Source: Octopus vulgaris
Lineage: Eukaryota
DNA length: 64,000 nt
Assembly (NCBI GenBank): GCA_951406725.2
Contig: OX597825.1
Span: forward strand, 78,864,001-78,928,000
Reading direction: 5' to 3'
The stretch's first letter is position 1. Each line of letters opens with the position of its first letter. A program made the position numbers and the translations under genes. The notes beneath the pieces were generated by a model. The model worked only from the letters and a program-made list of their open reading frames with translations, did no database searches and was not told where the DNA came from. Shown piece by piece: positions 40,925-52,925 of this stretch.

Positions 40925-41303
40925 AATGAGATAGGGGTTGAAAATTCAACCCACCATGGGATAATATATATCCAATATACTGCTAGATAGGTACCCAACA
41001 AAAATTAATACATAGATGTTAGAAATTGTCAAGCAATCAGTTCATCTATTGTATTAAATGGGTAAGGGTAATAATATTACCGTAAATTAATACTACAAAA
41101 TTAGAGAATGGAGAAACATACTTAAATCAATAAAGCATCAACTATCCGATGATACTCAATCCATACTTTAATACACCATTACATAGGAGTAAAGGCAATA
41201 TATAAAATGAAATGAGATATACAGTAATAGTAAAAGTAAAAGTAAAAGTAAAAAGATAAAGAGATATAAGTAAAAAATTACAAATACAATATGCAAATAA
41301 ATC

Positions 41304-41419
41304 AAAACTGACAGCTGTTTCGGCAGTGAGGACAGTCATACCTCATTTAACCTATAAGCCATAAAGGCAGGTATAAATGAGGCATTAACAAAGATGCCCC
41401 ACGGCCTCTTCAGAGAATT
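41304..41419 (-). ncRNA. Type I hammerhead ribozyme motif (mirror copy)
   Basis: Reverse complement of 42131-42246 within the left arm of the inverted repeat (gacagctgtttcggc...gcctcttcagag). Confidence 0.65.
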
Positions 41420-41755
41420 AAATTAAATTTGTTATAATAGTGAAAAATATTATATAATCATATACATATAAATATAAAAATATAAAAAAGTAAAGTATAA
41501 AAACTTATACATCATAATGCTACACTTGTATAATATAATACATATTTGTACAAAAAGGAAGGTAACCAGAACAAAATAAAACAAAATATATAACAGTGTA
41601 TATATAATATTAATAAGTACCGATATCATACATATTTAGCTAATAGTTTTTTTTATAAAAAAAGGGGCTAACACACATAGTTATTTCGATCTTGGAAGGA
41701 TGGACTTGGTGATAACTTAACTGTATCTATTTTTATTATTTTTTATTATTATTAC

Positions 41756-41792
<37 letters not shown>

Positions 41793-42130
41793 AGTAATTT
41801 TTATTAACTTTTATAGCTTTAGAATTTTATGAACTGTACCACGGATTTAATTATTATTATTTTTCATCTCCATATGTGTTAGCCCCTTTTTTTATAAAAA
41901 AAACTATTAGCTAAATATGTATGATATCGGTACTTATTAATATTATATATACACTGTTATATATTTTGTTTTATTTTGTTCTGGTTACCTTCCTTTTTGT
42001 ACAAATATGTATTATATTATACAAGTGTAGCATTATGATGTATAAGTTTTTATACTTTACTTTTTTATATTTTTATATTTATATGTATATGATTATATAA
42101 TATTTTTCACTATTATAACAAATTTAATTT

Positions 42131-42246
42131 AATTCTCTGAAGAGGCCGTGGGGCATCTTTGTTAATGCCTCATTTATACCTGCCTTTATGGCTTATAGGT
42201 TAAATGAGGTATGACTGTCCTCACTGCCGAAACAGCTGTCAGTTTT
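42131..42246 (+). ncRNA. Type I hammerhead ribozyme motif with long stem II
   Basis: CTGAAGA at 42137-42143. Stem II is GGC.GTGGGG / CCTCAC.GCC with inner CCTCATTTA/TAAATGAGG, ACCT/AGGT and GCC/GGC pairings. GAAA at 42229-42232, minimal stem III C-AGCT-G with a palindromic loop, GTC cleavage triplet at 42238-42240. Stem I is weak (CT/AG, then mismatches). Confidence 0.65.
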
Positions 42247-42456
42247 GATTTATTTGCATATTGTATTTGTAATTTTTTACTTATATCTCTTTATCTTTTT
42301 ACTTTTACTTTTACTTTTACTATTACTGTATATCTCATTTCATTTTATATATTGCCTTTACTCCTATGTAATGGTGTATTAAAGTATGGATTGAGTATCA
42401 TCGGATAGTTGATGCTTTATTGATTTAAGTATGTTTCTCCATTCTCTAATTTTGTA

Positions 42457-42494
<38 letters not shown>

Positions 42495-42750
42495 TATATA
42501 CACACACACACTCATATATACATACATATGTATTCAGGGACATGTAATGCATTTCTTTTGTATGTATACACATACTCATCTGTACATGTGTATATATGTA
42601 TGAGTGTGTGTGTGTGTCTGTGCTCCTTGGCATATAAACTACTTTTATTATTTTATGTATGTATGAACATGTCTGTATATGCACAGTATTGAGTGGTTTT
42701 ATATTGAACATATAATTATTGATATATAATCTACTTTTATTTTATATATA

Positions 42751-42841
<91 letters not shown>

Positions 42842-43699
42842 TATATCATTGTTTTTGTTTTTTTCCTTCCTTCTTTTAACATCCACTTTTCCATGCCCCC
42901 CTGGGCCAGATGAAATTTGTTGAGGCAGATTCTCTATGGCTGGATGTCCCCTTCCTATCATCAATCCTCTCCCGTATCCATGTAAGGTGATGTTTCCCCA
43001 TGATTAGACATGATTTCATGGGAAATTGGAAAAGAAATATATATATCTTTTGGTTTGTTTAAGGTTTTGGAAAATTTGAAAATATATCGTTGCTATTATG
43101 CCAAAGTGTTGTAAGTCCAAAACATTGCTTTTTCAGAAAACAAAAAAAAATAGTTTCACCATTCCAGATCAAAACTGTTGTAGGACACTTTGACAATTTT
43201 AGATATTTTGGCATCTGAAGCAGCTGGAGATACGATAGTTTGACCAAAAGAACTGGCTATTGCAAGCAAAAAGAAATATTGAAAAAAAACATATTTGGCC
43301 AAATTTGGACATACGACACTTTAACATAATAGCAACAATAAGACCATCAACTATAAATGAATCTATAAATAAATACTAGATTGTAAAATATTGGTGGGGG
43401 TCACCTGTTCCTGTCTCGCCTTCTGCTATCATACTTTACTGTCTCTACATCTGGCACAACAAAGATTCATCTCCTTCAAAACTGCTCAGTGAAGAGCTCT
43501 TGTGTTATGAGGAAAACCGCAGCCATTGCACCCTGTAAAGTGGTTCGCATAAGGAAGGTCATGGTAAGAAAGTCAGAAACACTGACATCATAATCGCACA
43601 TCTAATTCAGTTGATTTACTGGTTGTGTGTGACATATTGTTCTTGCAGAACTGACTGAGGTGGGGGGGGGGGGTTAATCACTATTTACAACAGCAGCTG

Positions 43700-43808
43700 T
43701 AATAATAACAATAAAAATAATAACAATAATAAAAATAACAACAACAATAATAATAATAAAAATAATAACAACAACAATAATAATAACTATAACAATAATA
43801 ATAATAAA
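43700..43808. repeat. (AAT/AAC)n microsatellite
   Basis: Read directly from the sequence. Confidence 0.9.
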
Positions 43809-44269
43809 CTGTCATATTTATTGATGAATCAAAAATGTTCAATTATTATTGAATTGTAACGATGTTGATTCTAATTACATTTTCTCTTTGTCATCATCCT
43901 CACTTTTGTATTCATTAATTCATTAATGTCCTTATTATCCTCATTAAGTCTACATTTATCATCTTCATTATCAGGTGTACATTTACAATTATCATAATAA
44001 TTACAAAAACATAAACTCGACGACAATTATCATCTCTAAATCTGTATTTATTGTAATCATTATTGCCTCCATCTTGACTGTCTCTTAATGTTGTTGCATC
44101 TTTTATTATCATCACAAGTGAGCTGGCGGAACTGTTAGCATGCCAGACTAAATTCTTTGTGGCATTTCGCCTGCCTCTGTTCTCGGTTCAAATTCTGTTG
44201 AAGTCGGCTTTGCCTTTTATCCTTTTGGAGTTGATAAAATAAGTGTCAGTCAACTACTGTGGTGTTCAA

Positions 44270-44655
44270 CTCCTCTTTTTCTTGTTTCAGTCATTTGACT
44301 GTGGCCATGCTGGAGCACCGCCTTTAGTTGAGCAAATCGACCCCAGGACTTATTCTTTGTAAGCCCAGTACTTATTCTATCGGTCTCTTTTGCTGAACCG
44401 CTAAGTTATGGAGATGTAAACACTCCAGTATCGGTTGTCAAGCGATGTTGGTGGGACAAACAGAGACAAATACATACATACATATATATACACGAAGGGC
44501 TTCTTTCAGTTTCCGTCTACCAAATCCACTCACAAGGCTTTGGTCAGCCCGAGACTACAGTAGAAGACACTTGCCCAAGGTGCCATGCAGTGGGACTGAA
44601 CCCGGAACCATGTGGTTCGTAAGCAAGCTACTTACCACACAGCCACTCCTACACC
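44270..44655 (-). mobile_element. SINE A, full length
   Basis: Near-consensus reverse-complement copy. Confidence 0.85.
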
Positions 44656-45693
44656 TATCATAAAATTGCGGTTTCAATTCCTGAGCCAGGCAACACATTT
44701 GTGTTCTTGAGCAAGACACTTCATTTCATGTTGCTCCAGTCCAGGCAGCTGGCAAAAATGAGTTAACCCTGCAATGGACCAGTGCCCCATCCAGGTGGGG
44801 AATTTATAGGGTATGGAAACTGGGAAACTGGCCCTTATGAGTTGATATGACTTGAGAAGGAAGGAAGAAAATGCTGGAGTCAGTAAAACTCCCCTCAAAA
44901 AACTGTTGGCCCTGTGCCAAAATTTGAAACCATTATTACAAGTGAAATGCATAGAAATTGTAGGGATTTCACTGGTGAACACTGGGGTTGGTGGCTTTAG
45001 TTGTCTGTTATTGTGATGATGATGACAATGGCAAAGGACAAGACAGAGAGAGGGAGAGAAAGTTGTGATGGGTATTAGCTGAGGTGGTAACTGAAAGATA
45101 GGGGACGGAGGACCAAGAAAAGCATCGACTGATCAATGCAAACATGTAATTGCACACACACACACACACACACGCACATGAATGTATACAGGCATTCCGA
45201 TAGTTTGTTGTGGTTTTTGTCAGAAGGAAGGAGTTGACAGCAAACAATTTATTTTGTTAACTGAATTAAAAGAAAAAAAATGCCAATTACAATAAATTGC
45301 ATGTACTTTAGTGTGAGTGATCTTCGTCACTGTCGTAACCACCACCAACAGCTGTTACAACAAATAAGCACTACCACTACCATTATTTCGTCATTTTCCT
45401 CTGGCTGTCTCCTCTCTCTCTCTCTTTCTTTCTCTCTCTCTCTCTCTTTCCTTCTCTCTCTCTCTTTCTTCCCCCTCTCTCAAGTTCCTTCCTTTAGTGT
45501 GTGGCACGAAAGGTAAGTAAGAACATAGTATTGTGTTAACATACACCTTAGACATCTTCATCATTTAATTACTTTACCTGTCAGTCCTCATCCCGTCAGT
45601 CTTCGTCTGTTGTAATCACACCCATCATGTGTCTCTCTCTCTCTCTCTCTCTCTGATTTCATTCAACTAATTTCCTGTCTTCTTCTGTTTCAG

Positions 45694-45747
45694 TTTACAA
45701 AATGTTTATTCTAAAATGCTTATCAGTGGTGAAAAATATAGATATAC
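45694..45747 (+). CDS. SLC35E2: SLC35E2-like transporter, coding exon 4 (54 nt)
   Basis: ttctgtttcAG acceptor, AC|GTAAGT donor, phase 2 to 2. Translates (C)LQNVYSKMLISGEKYRY(T), the conserved LQNVxSKxL motif. Too short for the ORF track. Confidence 0.93.
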
Positions 45748-46431
45748 GTAAGTATGTATAGCATTTTGTTATCTTGACTGTCATATCTCTTGCTGGTTGT
45801 GCACAGATACACAATTTCCCAGTCCTAATTTTAAGACTGGCATAAAATATTAGGAGGTAAGGGAAGAGGAAATATCGATTGAGGGGGTTTCTGAAAACTG
45901 CACTTTGACTCTTTGTGGGTAGCTTAGGGAGACGTTAGGGGTTGTGGGAAAACCTCTAGAAATATATTCTGTTTGTTGTAGTGTCAGTAATATAGTGAAG
46001 AGAAGGTGATAAATGGTTATATATCAACTGATAGGGCAGTGATTCTGGTGATGTCCTTAGCCACTGGATCCTATAATGGAGCTGTCGAAACGTGGTGGGA
46101 ATTCCTCCAGTGAGGTGAATGAAGCTGACAAGAGTTATCTATCTTTACTCCAGAACCCTTAAATTACCAGTAATAAGTAATAAGAATCGTGAAACGTTCA
46201 AAAGCCATTTGGTAAGCCATCAAGAGTTATCTATCTTCGTAATATACACCTTTGGTGATTAGTAATGATTGGATGCGAATGATTAAACCTTCTGCTTGGT
46301 TGGTAAGCACCCGATCAATTCTATCAAACGCCTTGTCAGATCGCAACTGCAACAATCTTGTAGGCGTTCACTGACCTCTACTGTCACTCAAAGTACAATT
46401 TAAAATAATCTCAACTGCAAATTAGGATATT

Positions 46432-46629
46432 ACTCTACTCTTTTACTTGTTTCAGTCATTTGACTGCGGCCATGCTGGAGCACCGCCTTAGTCGACCAAA
46501 TCGACCCCGGGACTTATTCTTTGTAAGCCCAGTACTTATTCTATCGGTCTCTTTTGCCGAACCGCTAAGTGACGGGGACGTAAACACACCAGCATTGGTT
46601 GTCAAGCAATGCTAGGGGGACAAACACAT

Positions 46630-46660
<31 letters not shown>

Positions 46661-46713
46661 CATATATACGACAGGCTTCTTTCAGTTTCCGTCTACCAAA
46701 TCCACTCACAAGG
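46432..46713 (-). mobile_element. SINE A, 5'-truncated, young (CpGs intact)
   Basis: tactcttttacttgtttcagtcatttgactgcggcc...ccactcacaaggc, then an abrupt end. Confidence 0.85.
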
Positions 46714-47394
46714 CATATGAGAATAAGTTAAAATAACATCAAAATAAATTGAAATAATTTTGGGATCAAATTATACGAATGTGTTCTGGTCTTTTTTTTT
46801 TTATCTATGCTAGCATTTTTTGGACAAGGAAGAAATTGGTGCAAGATTTCTACAACTGGATTCTCTTCTGGCTCTGATTCTTGCCTGTATTTCAAATAAT
46901 GGAAACATGAACACACACGTAATTATATAAGAGGACTAAAAAGCTTTCCTCCAGACAAACCAGAGAACAAAATATTCTGTTGGCATTAATTAGCACTTAA
47001 ATGTCATTCTTTTTGGCCTAAACAAATCCTTATAAGACACATTGTTGGCCTAAATTAATCCTTACAAGGTACACTATTAGCCCACAGTCTTTGAGGTGAA
47101 AAGTAAATGCATTTAATTTCTTCAAGAATATGCATACATTTCTTCAAGTATATAAGAGAGCTTGACTGGCTAGAAATAGCTACCAAATCACTCTGTCTTT
47201 AAAAATAAAAAGATACACATGAGATATAGTATTCCTAGAGGTTTTTAAAAAGCTGTAGAACCGTACCTCAAGCCCTGTGCTTGAGAAGGTTGTCTGTCTT
47301 AATCTGCAAATACTGATATTTCAAAGGGAAGCAAGGCTCCAATCTTGCTTTTTACATGCCACTGATGTGCTAAAAAGAAACCCCACAAAATATT

Positions 47395-48222
47395 TTTTTT
47401 ACTGCCTAGAGGGGGCTAAACATAGAGGGGACAAACAAGGACAGACAAAGAGATTATTGATTACATCGATCCCAGTGCATAACTGGTACTTATTTAATCA
47501 ACCCCGAAAGGATGAAAGGCGAAATCGACCTCGGCGGAATTTGAACTCAGAACGTAGCGGCAGACGAAATATTGCTAAGCATTTCGCCTGGCGTGCTACC
47601 GATTCTGTTGTCTTTATTGTTCTTCATCATCCGTTTTCGATGCTGCCATGAGTTGACCAGGTCACAATTCAAGTTGGTTCCTAATCTGGATTTACCGCTT
47701 TCTCAGACAGTTCAGTGAACCATATCCTTTATCATGGCCATTCCATTTTTGCTGTGCTTTCCATGGTTGGATGTCCTTCTTTAACGTCAACCATTCTAGA
47801 ATGCCCTGCACATGCATTTTATCATGGCACCAGCAGAAGTTCATTTTTATCTTTTTTACCTGTTTCACTCGTTAGACTGTGCCATGCTGGGGCACCACCT
47901 TGAATTTTTTAGTCAAAGGAATTGACCTCAATGCTTATTTTTTAAGCCTGGGACTTATTCTATCAGTCTCTTTTGCCGAATCGCCAAGTTACGGGGACGC
48001 AAACACACCACCAGTAATTGTCAAGTGGTGAGGTAGGGACAAACACACACACATAGATATATATTCATATATAATGGGCTTCTTTCAGTTTTTGTCTACC
48101 AAATCCAGTCACAAAGCTTTGGTTGGCCTCAGGCTATAGCAGAAGACACTTGCCCAAGGTGCTACTCAGTGGGACTGAACCCAGAACCACATGATTGGGA
48201 AGCAAGCTTTTTATCACTCAGC
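47395..48222 (-). mobile_element. SINE B (about 47395-47605) and SINE A (about 47845-48222)
   Basis: Reverse-complement matches to the family A and family B copies elsewhere in the window. Confidence 0.75.
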
Positions 48223-48769
48223 ATCATTTTAGCTTTGATGGGACAATGGTTAGATGGCTTGATCTTTCTAGGCCTTTAGTTGACTGTTTGTGGTTTCAAG
48301 TGGCTGCAAGTATGGCTTCTTGTATAAAGAAGGAATAAAGATAATTTACTTTTATGATTTGATGACCAGTCATAGTCAGGAACAAATTTATTCAAACAGA
48401 TTGTAATGAAGTGCCTTCTTTTGATGTTATATTGATTAACCATTTTCAGTCCAATCCACTTGAGAACAACTCTTATCTCATGACACAAAAACCCCCTATT
48501 TTAACCCTTCTGATTCTGACCCACAGGACACTGCCCCTTGGTTCTGTGATACAAACTTCCTTTTTTTAGTATGATATAAATTAAAAACCTTCCACTGAAA
48601 TTCGCCATTGACTTAGGCTCTAAACACTGACTTAATGATTGCTATTTCACTGGCTTTATTATTTTCACAATTAACTAAAGCAAAAGCAGTGTATTCCAAC
48701 AACAATATGGTAAATGAGAGGGTTAAAGTGTGTTTAAATTCCTTTCATTCCAAACACATTCTTTTCCTC

Positions 48770-49660
48770 CAACAACATCTTCATTCTCTCTGATACACCA
48801 CTCTAGAACCTAAACACCTCAAACCCCTGATTCTCTCCACTATGAAACCCTAACAAACTTCCCACTCTCAGCTTTTCTCCTTGCCGTGCAATCCTGACAT
48901 CTAGCATCTGTTTTAGCCACTTCATTATTGCCTCTTACTCTCACATCTCTTCCTCCCTTCTTCACGGGCTTAGCTTTTAGCTTTTATGGCTCTTATAGAA
49001 GCACCATCACCTCTTGTCTGGTTGGAACCTTTCTCCATCCATCTACATGGGTCATGGCTTTTGGCATCTCAAAACTCCCCATTGTTATAAGCCTCTAGCT
49101 CCTCATTATCGTACATCTCAGTCAATATTCCTTCAAACCTTCGTCTGGCCAAAGAATTCAGTTACCTTAACCTTCCACCTCCAGACTGTCTTGTGTCTCT
49201 GAAGCCACAGCCACACAGAAGACTGACTGCAGGGGTTAATGCAGGGCCTGGTTGCGTTGAACGAAATATGGGTGCTAAGAAGAGGAAAGATTAGTGAAAT
49301 GAAAGTGCCCGAGTGACAGGAAAGGCAGAGGGTGAGATGGCATGTCTGTGGGGTCCCCTGATGGAGTGTTTTTGTATTCACGGATCTCTAGTCTTTCTCA
49401 AACATTCTTACATTCTTCACTGGGAAGTCAATTAATATTCACATCCGGTTGCCAATCCCGTTTCCTGGTGATGGTGTGAGTACGAGGCATATCTAACTTG
49501 CAATGTCTTCCTGACTGCCAGGTTATCAGGTGCCAGGCCTGTTTCCTGAGCTTAGCATTGCAAATGGTCAGCTCACTTGTATTACAGAACTCCTTGAGCC
49601 GTGGTCCCCCTTTTCATTTCTCATCCCTTATCCTTAAATGTTAGTCCTGTTCATTGTATT
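48770..49660 (-). mobile_element. Highly decayed RTE LINE fragment (end of the AP endonuclease and linker)
   Basis: The minus strand near 49480-49620 reads RLKEFCNTSELTICNAKLRKQAWHLITWQSG, resembling the RTE endonuclease motif RLLEFC..N.L.I.NT.F.K...H..T..SG. Confidence 0.6.
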
Positions 49661-50754
49661 TGCAATCATTTCCTTTTGAACCTGATGATATGCCCTTCCT
49701 GTTGCCAACCATTTCGGGTGCATTTTGTTATGCTACAAGCTCTGCTGTGAAGGTTGTTTTTGTCAGGGCCGAAGTATTTTGCTGAACCACTAAGTTATGC
49801 AGACATGGAGAAACCAACACTGGTTGTCAATTGGTAGGAAGGGGACAAACACCAAACACACACACACACAGGGTTCCACACTGTTTCTGTCTGCCAATTC
49901 CCTCACAAGGTATTGGTTGCCCTGAGATTATCATAGACAATATTTTCCCAAAGTGCCACCTAGTGGAACTGAACCTGGAAGCATGTTGTAATGTGAGGTT
50001 CTTGACTACACAGCCATGCCTGTGCATGCATGTATGTATGTATACACATATGTATACAAAGAGAGAGAGAGAGAGAGTTTGTTGAAAGTGAGTAAGGGCA
50101 TCTATATTTTTGTTGGAGATAAACAGGGATTCCAGTTGTGTGATAAGAAGCTTGCTTCCCAACCACATGATTCTGGGTTCAGTTCCACTGTGTGGCACCT
50201 TACCATGGACCAACCAAAACCTTGTGAGTGAATTTGATAGACAGAAACTGAAGGAAGCCCATCATATGTATGTGTGTGTATGTGTCTGTGTTTGTCCCCC
50301 ACCATTGCCTGACAACCAATGTTGGTGTGTTTACATCCCTATAACCTAGCAATTCAGCAATGGTGATCAATAGAATAAGTATTAGGCTTCAACTAAAGGT
50401 AGTGCTCCAGCATGGCTACAGTCAAATGACTGAAACAAGTAAGAGAGTAAATAGTTTAGTTTAGTTTTGTCCATTGATCAGCTGTACAAGTCAATGGGTT
50501 GGAAACTCTGCTGATGTGAATTATTGAACTAACCCATGTTTAAGCCTCATGTAATTCTTGTTTATCTGGTTTAATTTTACACACACACACTCTGACACAA
50601 AATGATAAAAACATTTCTAAACCAACCATTTCCTCCCTATCTTTTTGTTTTCCTATTTCTGTATTCATTTCTTCATTCTTCACTCTCTCGCCATTGTCAA
50701 TGCTTTTTCTGTTTCTTTTTGTCTGCTAATCTGTAATTTTGTCCCCTTTTGCAG

Positions 50755-50958
50755 CCCAGCAGAGCTGCAGTTCTACACAAGCATAGCATCGGTAGTTGTG
50801 CAAATTCCTGCTTGTTTCCTCATGATGGACATCACACATGCCAAGGACACCCTCGACTACACAATGTTCTTTGCACTCATCACTAATGGTATCTTTTTCC
50901 ATTTCCAAAGTATCACAGCATATGTCCTCATGGGCTATATATCACCAGTTACCCACAG
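50755..50958 (+). CDS. SLC35E2: SLC35E2-like transporter, coding exon 5
   Basis: cccttttgcAG acceptor with an upstream ctaat branch-like motif, AG|GTCAGT donor, 204 nt, phase 2 to 2. PAELQFYTSIASVVVQIP...NGIFFHFQSITAYVLMGYISPVTH(S). Confidence 0.95.
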
Positions 50959-51237
50959 GTCAGTGATTCACATTCTACATTCATCATTTATTTCTAAATG
51001 AAATTGTTGGGTTGGTGGGGGTGGATACTCAAATCACAGAATCAGTAGAGCATCATCGGACTCAGATCTCTTTACATTGAAATCTAGTCCGGCTCACCTC
51101 TCCTTTTCATCCTTCCAATGTTGAAGGAAATTAAGGAGAGAAATTGATGTAATTGACTCAACTTGTGCTCCAGAATGTCTCGCTTTCTGCCTATTTTAGA
51201 AATAAATGTTTTTATTTGCATTATTAATGTTAACTAT

Positions 51238-51875
51238 GGCAACGTGGCAAGCTGGCAGAATCGTTAGCGCACTGGACAAAATGCTTAACGGTATTTTGCC
51301 CACCGCTATGTTCTGAGTTCAAATTCCGCCGAGGTCGACTTTGCCTTTCATCCTTTCGAGGTCGATTAAATAAGTACCAGTTACGCACTGGGGTTGATAT
51401 AATCGACTTAATCCATTTGTTTGTCCTTTCTGTGTTTAGCCCCTTGTGGGTAGTAAAGAAATAGGTATTTCGTCTGCCACTACATTCTGAGTTAAAATTC
51501 TACCAAGGTCTACTTTGCCTTTCATCCTTTTGGGGTCGATGAATTAAGTACTAGTTGTGTACTAGGATCAATCTAATCGATTGGTCCCCTCCCGCAAAAT
51601 TTCAGGCCTTCTGCGTAGAGTAGAAAAGATTATTAATGTTAATTATGATGAGGCAGCAAGGTGGCAGAATTGTTAGCACACTGGGCAAAATGCTTAGCAG
51701 TATTTCGTTTGCCACTACAGTCTGAGTTCAAATTCCACTGAGGTTGACTTTTCCTTTCATTCTTTCGGGGTGGGAGGATTAAATAAGTACCAGTTATGCG
51801 CTGGGGTTAATGTAATCGACTTAATCCCTTCCCCCAAATTTGAGGCCTTGTGCTTCCAGTAGAAAGCATTATCAA
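51238..51875 (+). mobile_element. SINE B cluster (about three units)
   Basis: Same unit as 28373-29070, head-to-tail. Confidence 0.85.
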
Positions 51876-52419
51876 TGTTAACTATGACTCTAGGCTTTGA
51901 TTTCAAACCTGGTTGGAGTTGACTCTCCAGGCATAGGTGTGGCTGACATTGTGTGATGTGTCACTGTCATACAGACACAGTCATTCAATTCAAACGTTCC
52001 ACGTAAACATGAGGTGGGTGGGGATATTACCTTACTTGGAAACAGGCGAGAGTTGGTGGCAGGAAAGGCATCCAGCCATAGAAAAATCTGCCTCAGTGAA
52101 TCTCATCTAACCCATGCCAGCATGGAAAACTGGACATTAAAACGATGATGATGATGTCAATGTGTTATAGCTTGAGGAAATGTTATCATTGTTTAAATAT
52201 TGTCTCTTCACTATTCAAACAAAGAAGTCAATGAAACGAAAGCCATTAGACAACAAAAACATGGCAGAACCAGAGGAGAGGACCTGATTATCACCTGTGC
52301 AGGTGTCTTCTAGACTAGTGCGACTGGTTGAGGGGGGGGGGGTTGATGTTTCGTTTGAAAAATCTGCTGGCTGGTGTCTGTTGGAACATTCTGGGTTGGA
52401 AAGTGAATTTCCAAAGTCC

Positions 52420-52925
52420 TGAGAGGAAAGGAGAGAGGGAAATGTTTATCTCGTGCAAGAATTGGTGAGTGAGCTAGAGTGAGAGGATGAGGAGAGATTG
52501 TATCACAGGGAACTAGATAGAGGTGGTAGGAGTGACATACAGGAGAGAGGGGGGTGGTTGTGTCAGGCAGGGATGATATGAGGAGGAGGAAAGGCTGTGT
52601 CTGGTAGGAGTGACATGAAGGAGATGGGGTGCCGTGTCAGGTGTGGTTAGATGAGAGTGACAGAGAGGAGAGGAGAGAGTGGGGTGCTGTGTCGGGAGGG
52701 GGTGGGTGGGAATGAACAGCGGGTGGAGGGGCTGTTAGATAAGAGTGAAGGGGAGGAGAGGGCTGTCTTGTAGGAGTGATGGGAAGGAGATGGGAGTGTT
52801 GTGTCAGGTAAAGGTGACAGGGAGAGGAGTGAGGGGGGTGCTGTGTCGGGGTAGGAGTGTGTAGTACAAGTATGAAGTTAGCTACTTGGGAAGAGGCAAA
52901 GAGGCGGGGGTGGGGGAGGGGGACC
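52420..52925. repeat. G/purine-rich degenerate repeat region
   Basis: Recurrent gtaggagtga.a..ggagag and ggggtg.tgtgtc.gg motifs. Confidence 0.55.

Larger units (their letters stand above)
40920..42460. mobile_element. Palindromic non-coding element, probably a Penelope-like inverted pseudo-LTR pair, inserted in a (TA)n tract
   Basis: Arms 41090-41675 and 41875-42460 are reverse complements. Paired coordinates sum to 83550 at both ends and for the identical ORFs 41142-41339(-) and 42211-42408(+). 199-bp spacer with (ATT)n; (TA)n on both flanks; each arm carries a hammerhead motif. Confidence 0.75.

Noticed and set aside
41142-42408. Two identical 65-aa hydrophobic ORFs on opposite strands, resembling a small membrane peptide pair
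   Set aside because: They are the mirror arms of the inverted repeat. The hydrophobicity comes from T-rich low-complexity DNA, and the start overlaps the hammerhead motif.
52335-52430. Minus-strand CGAAACATC next to a purine-rich tract, as a possible further hammerhead or Penelope end
   Set aside because: I found no CUGANGA core and no closing stem II.
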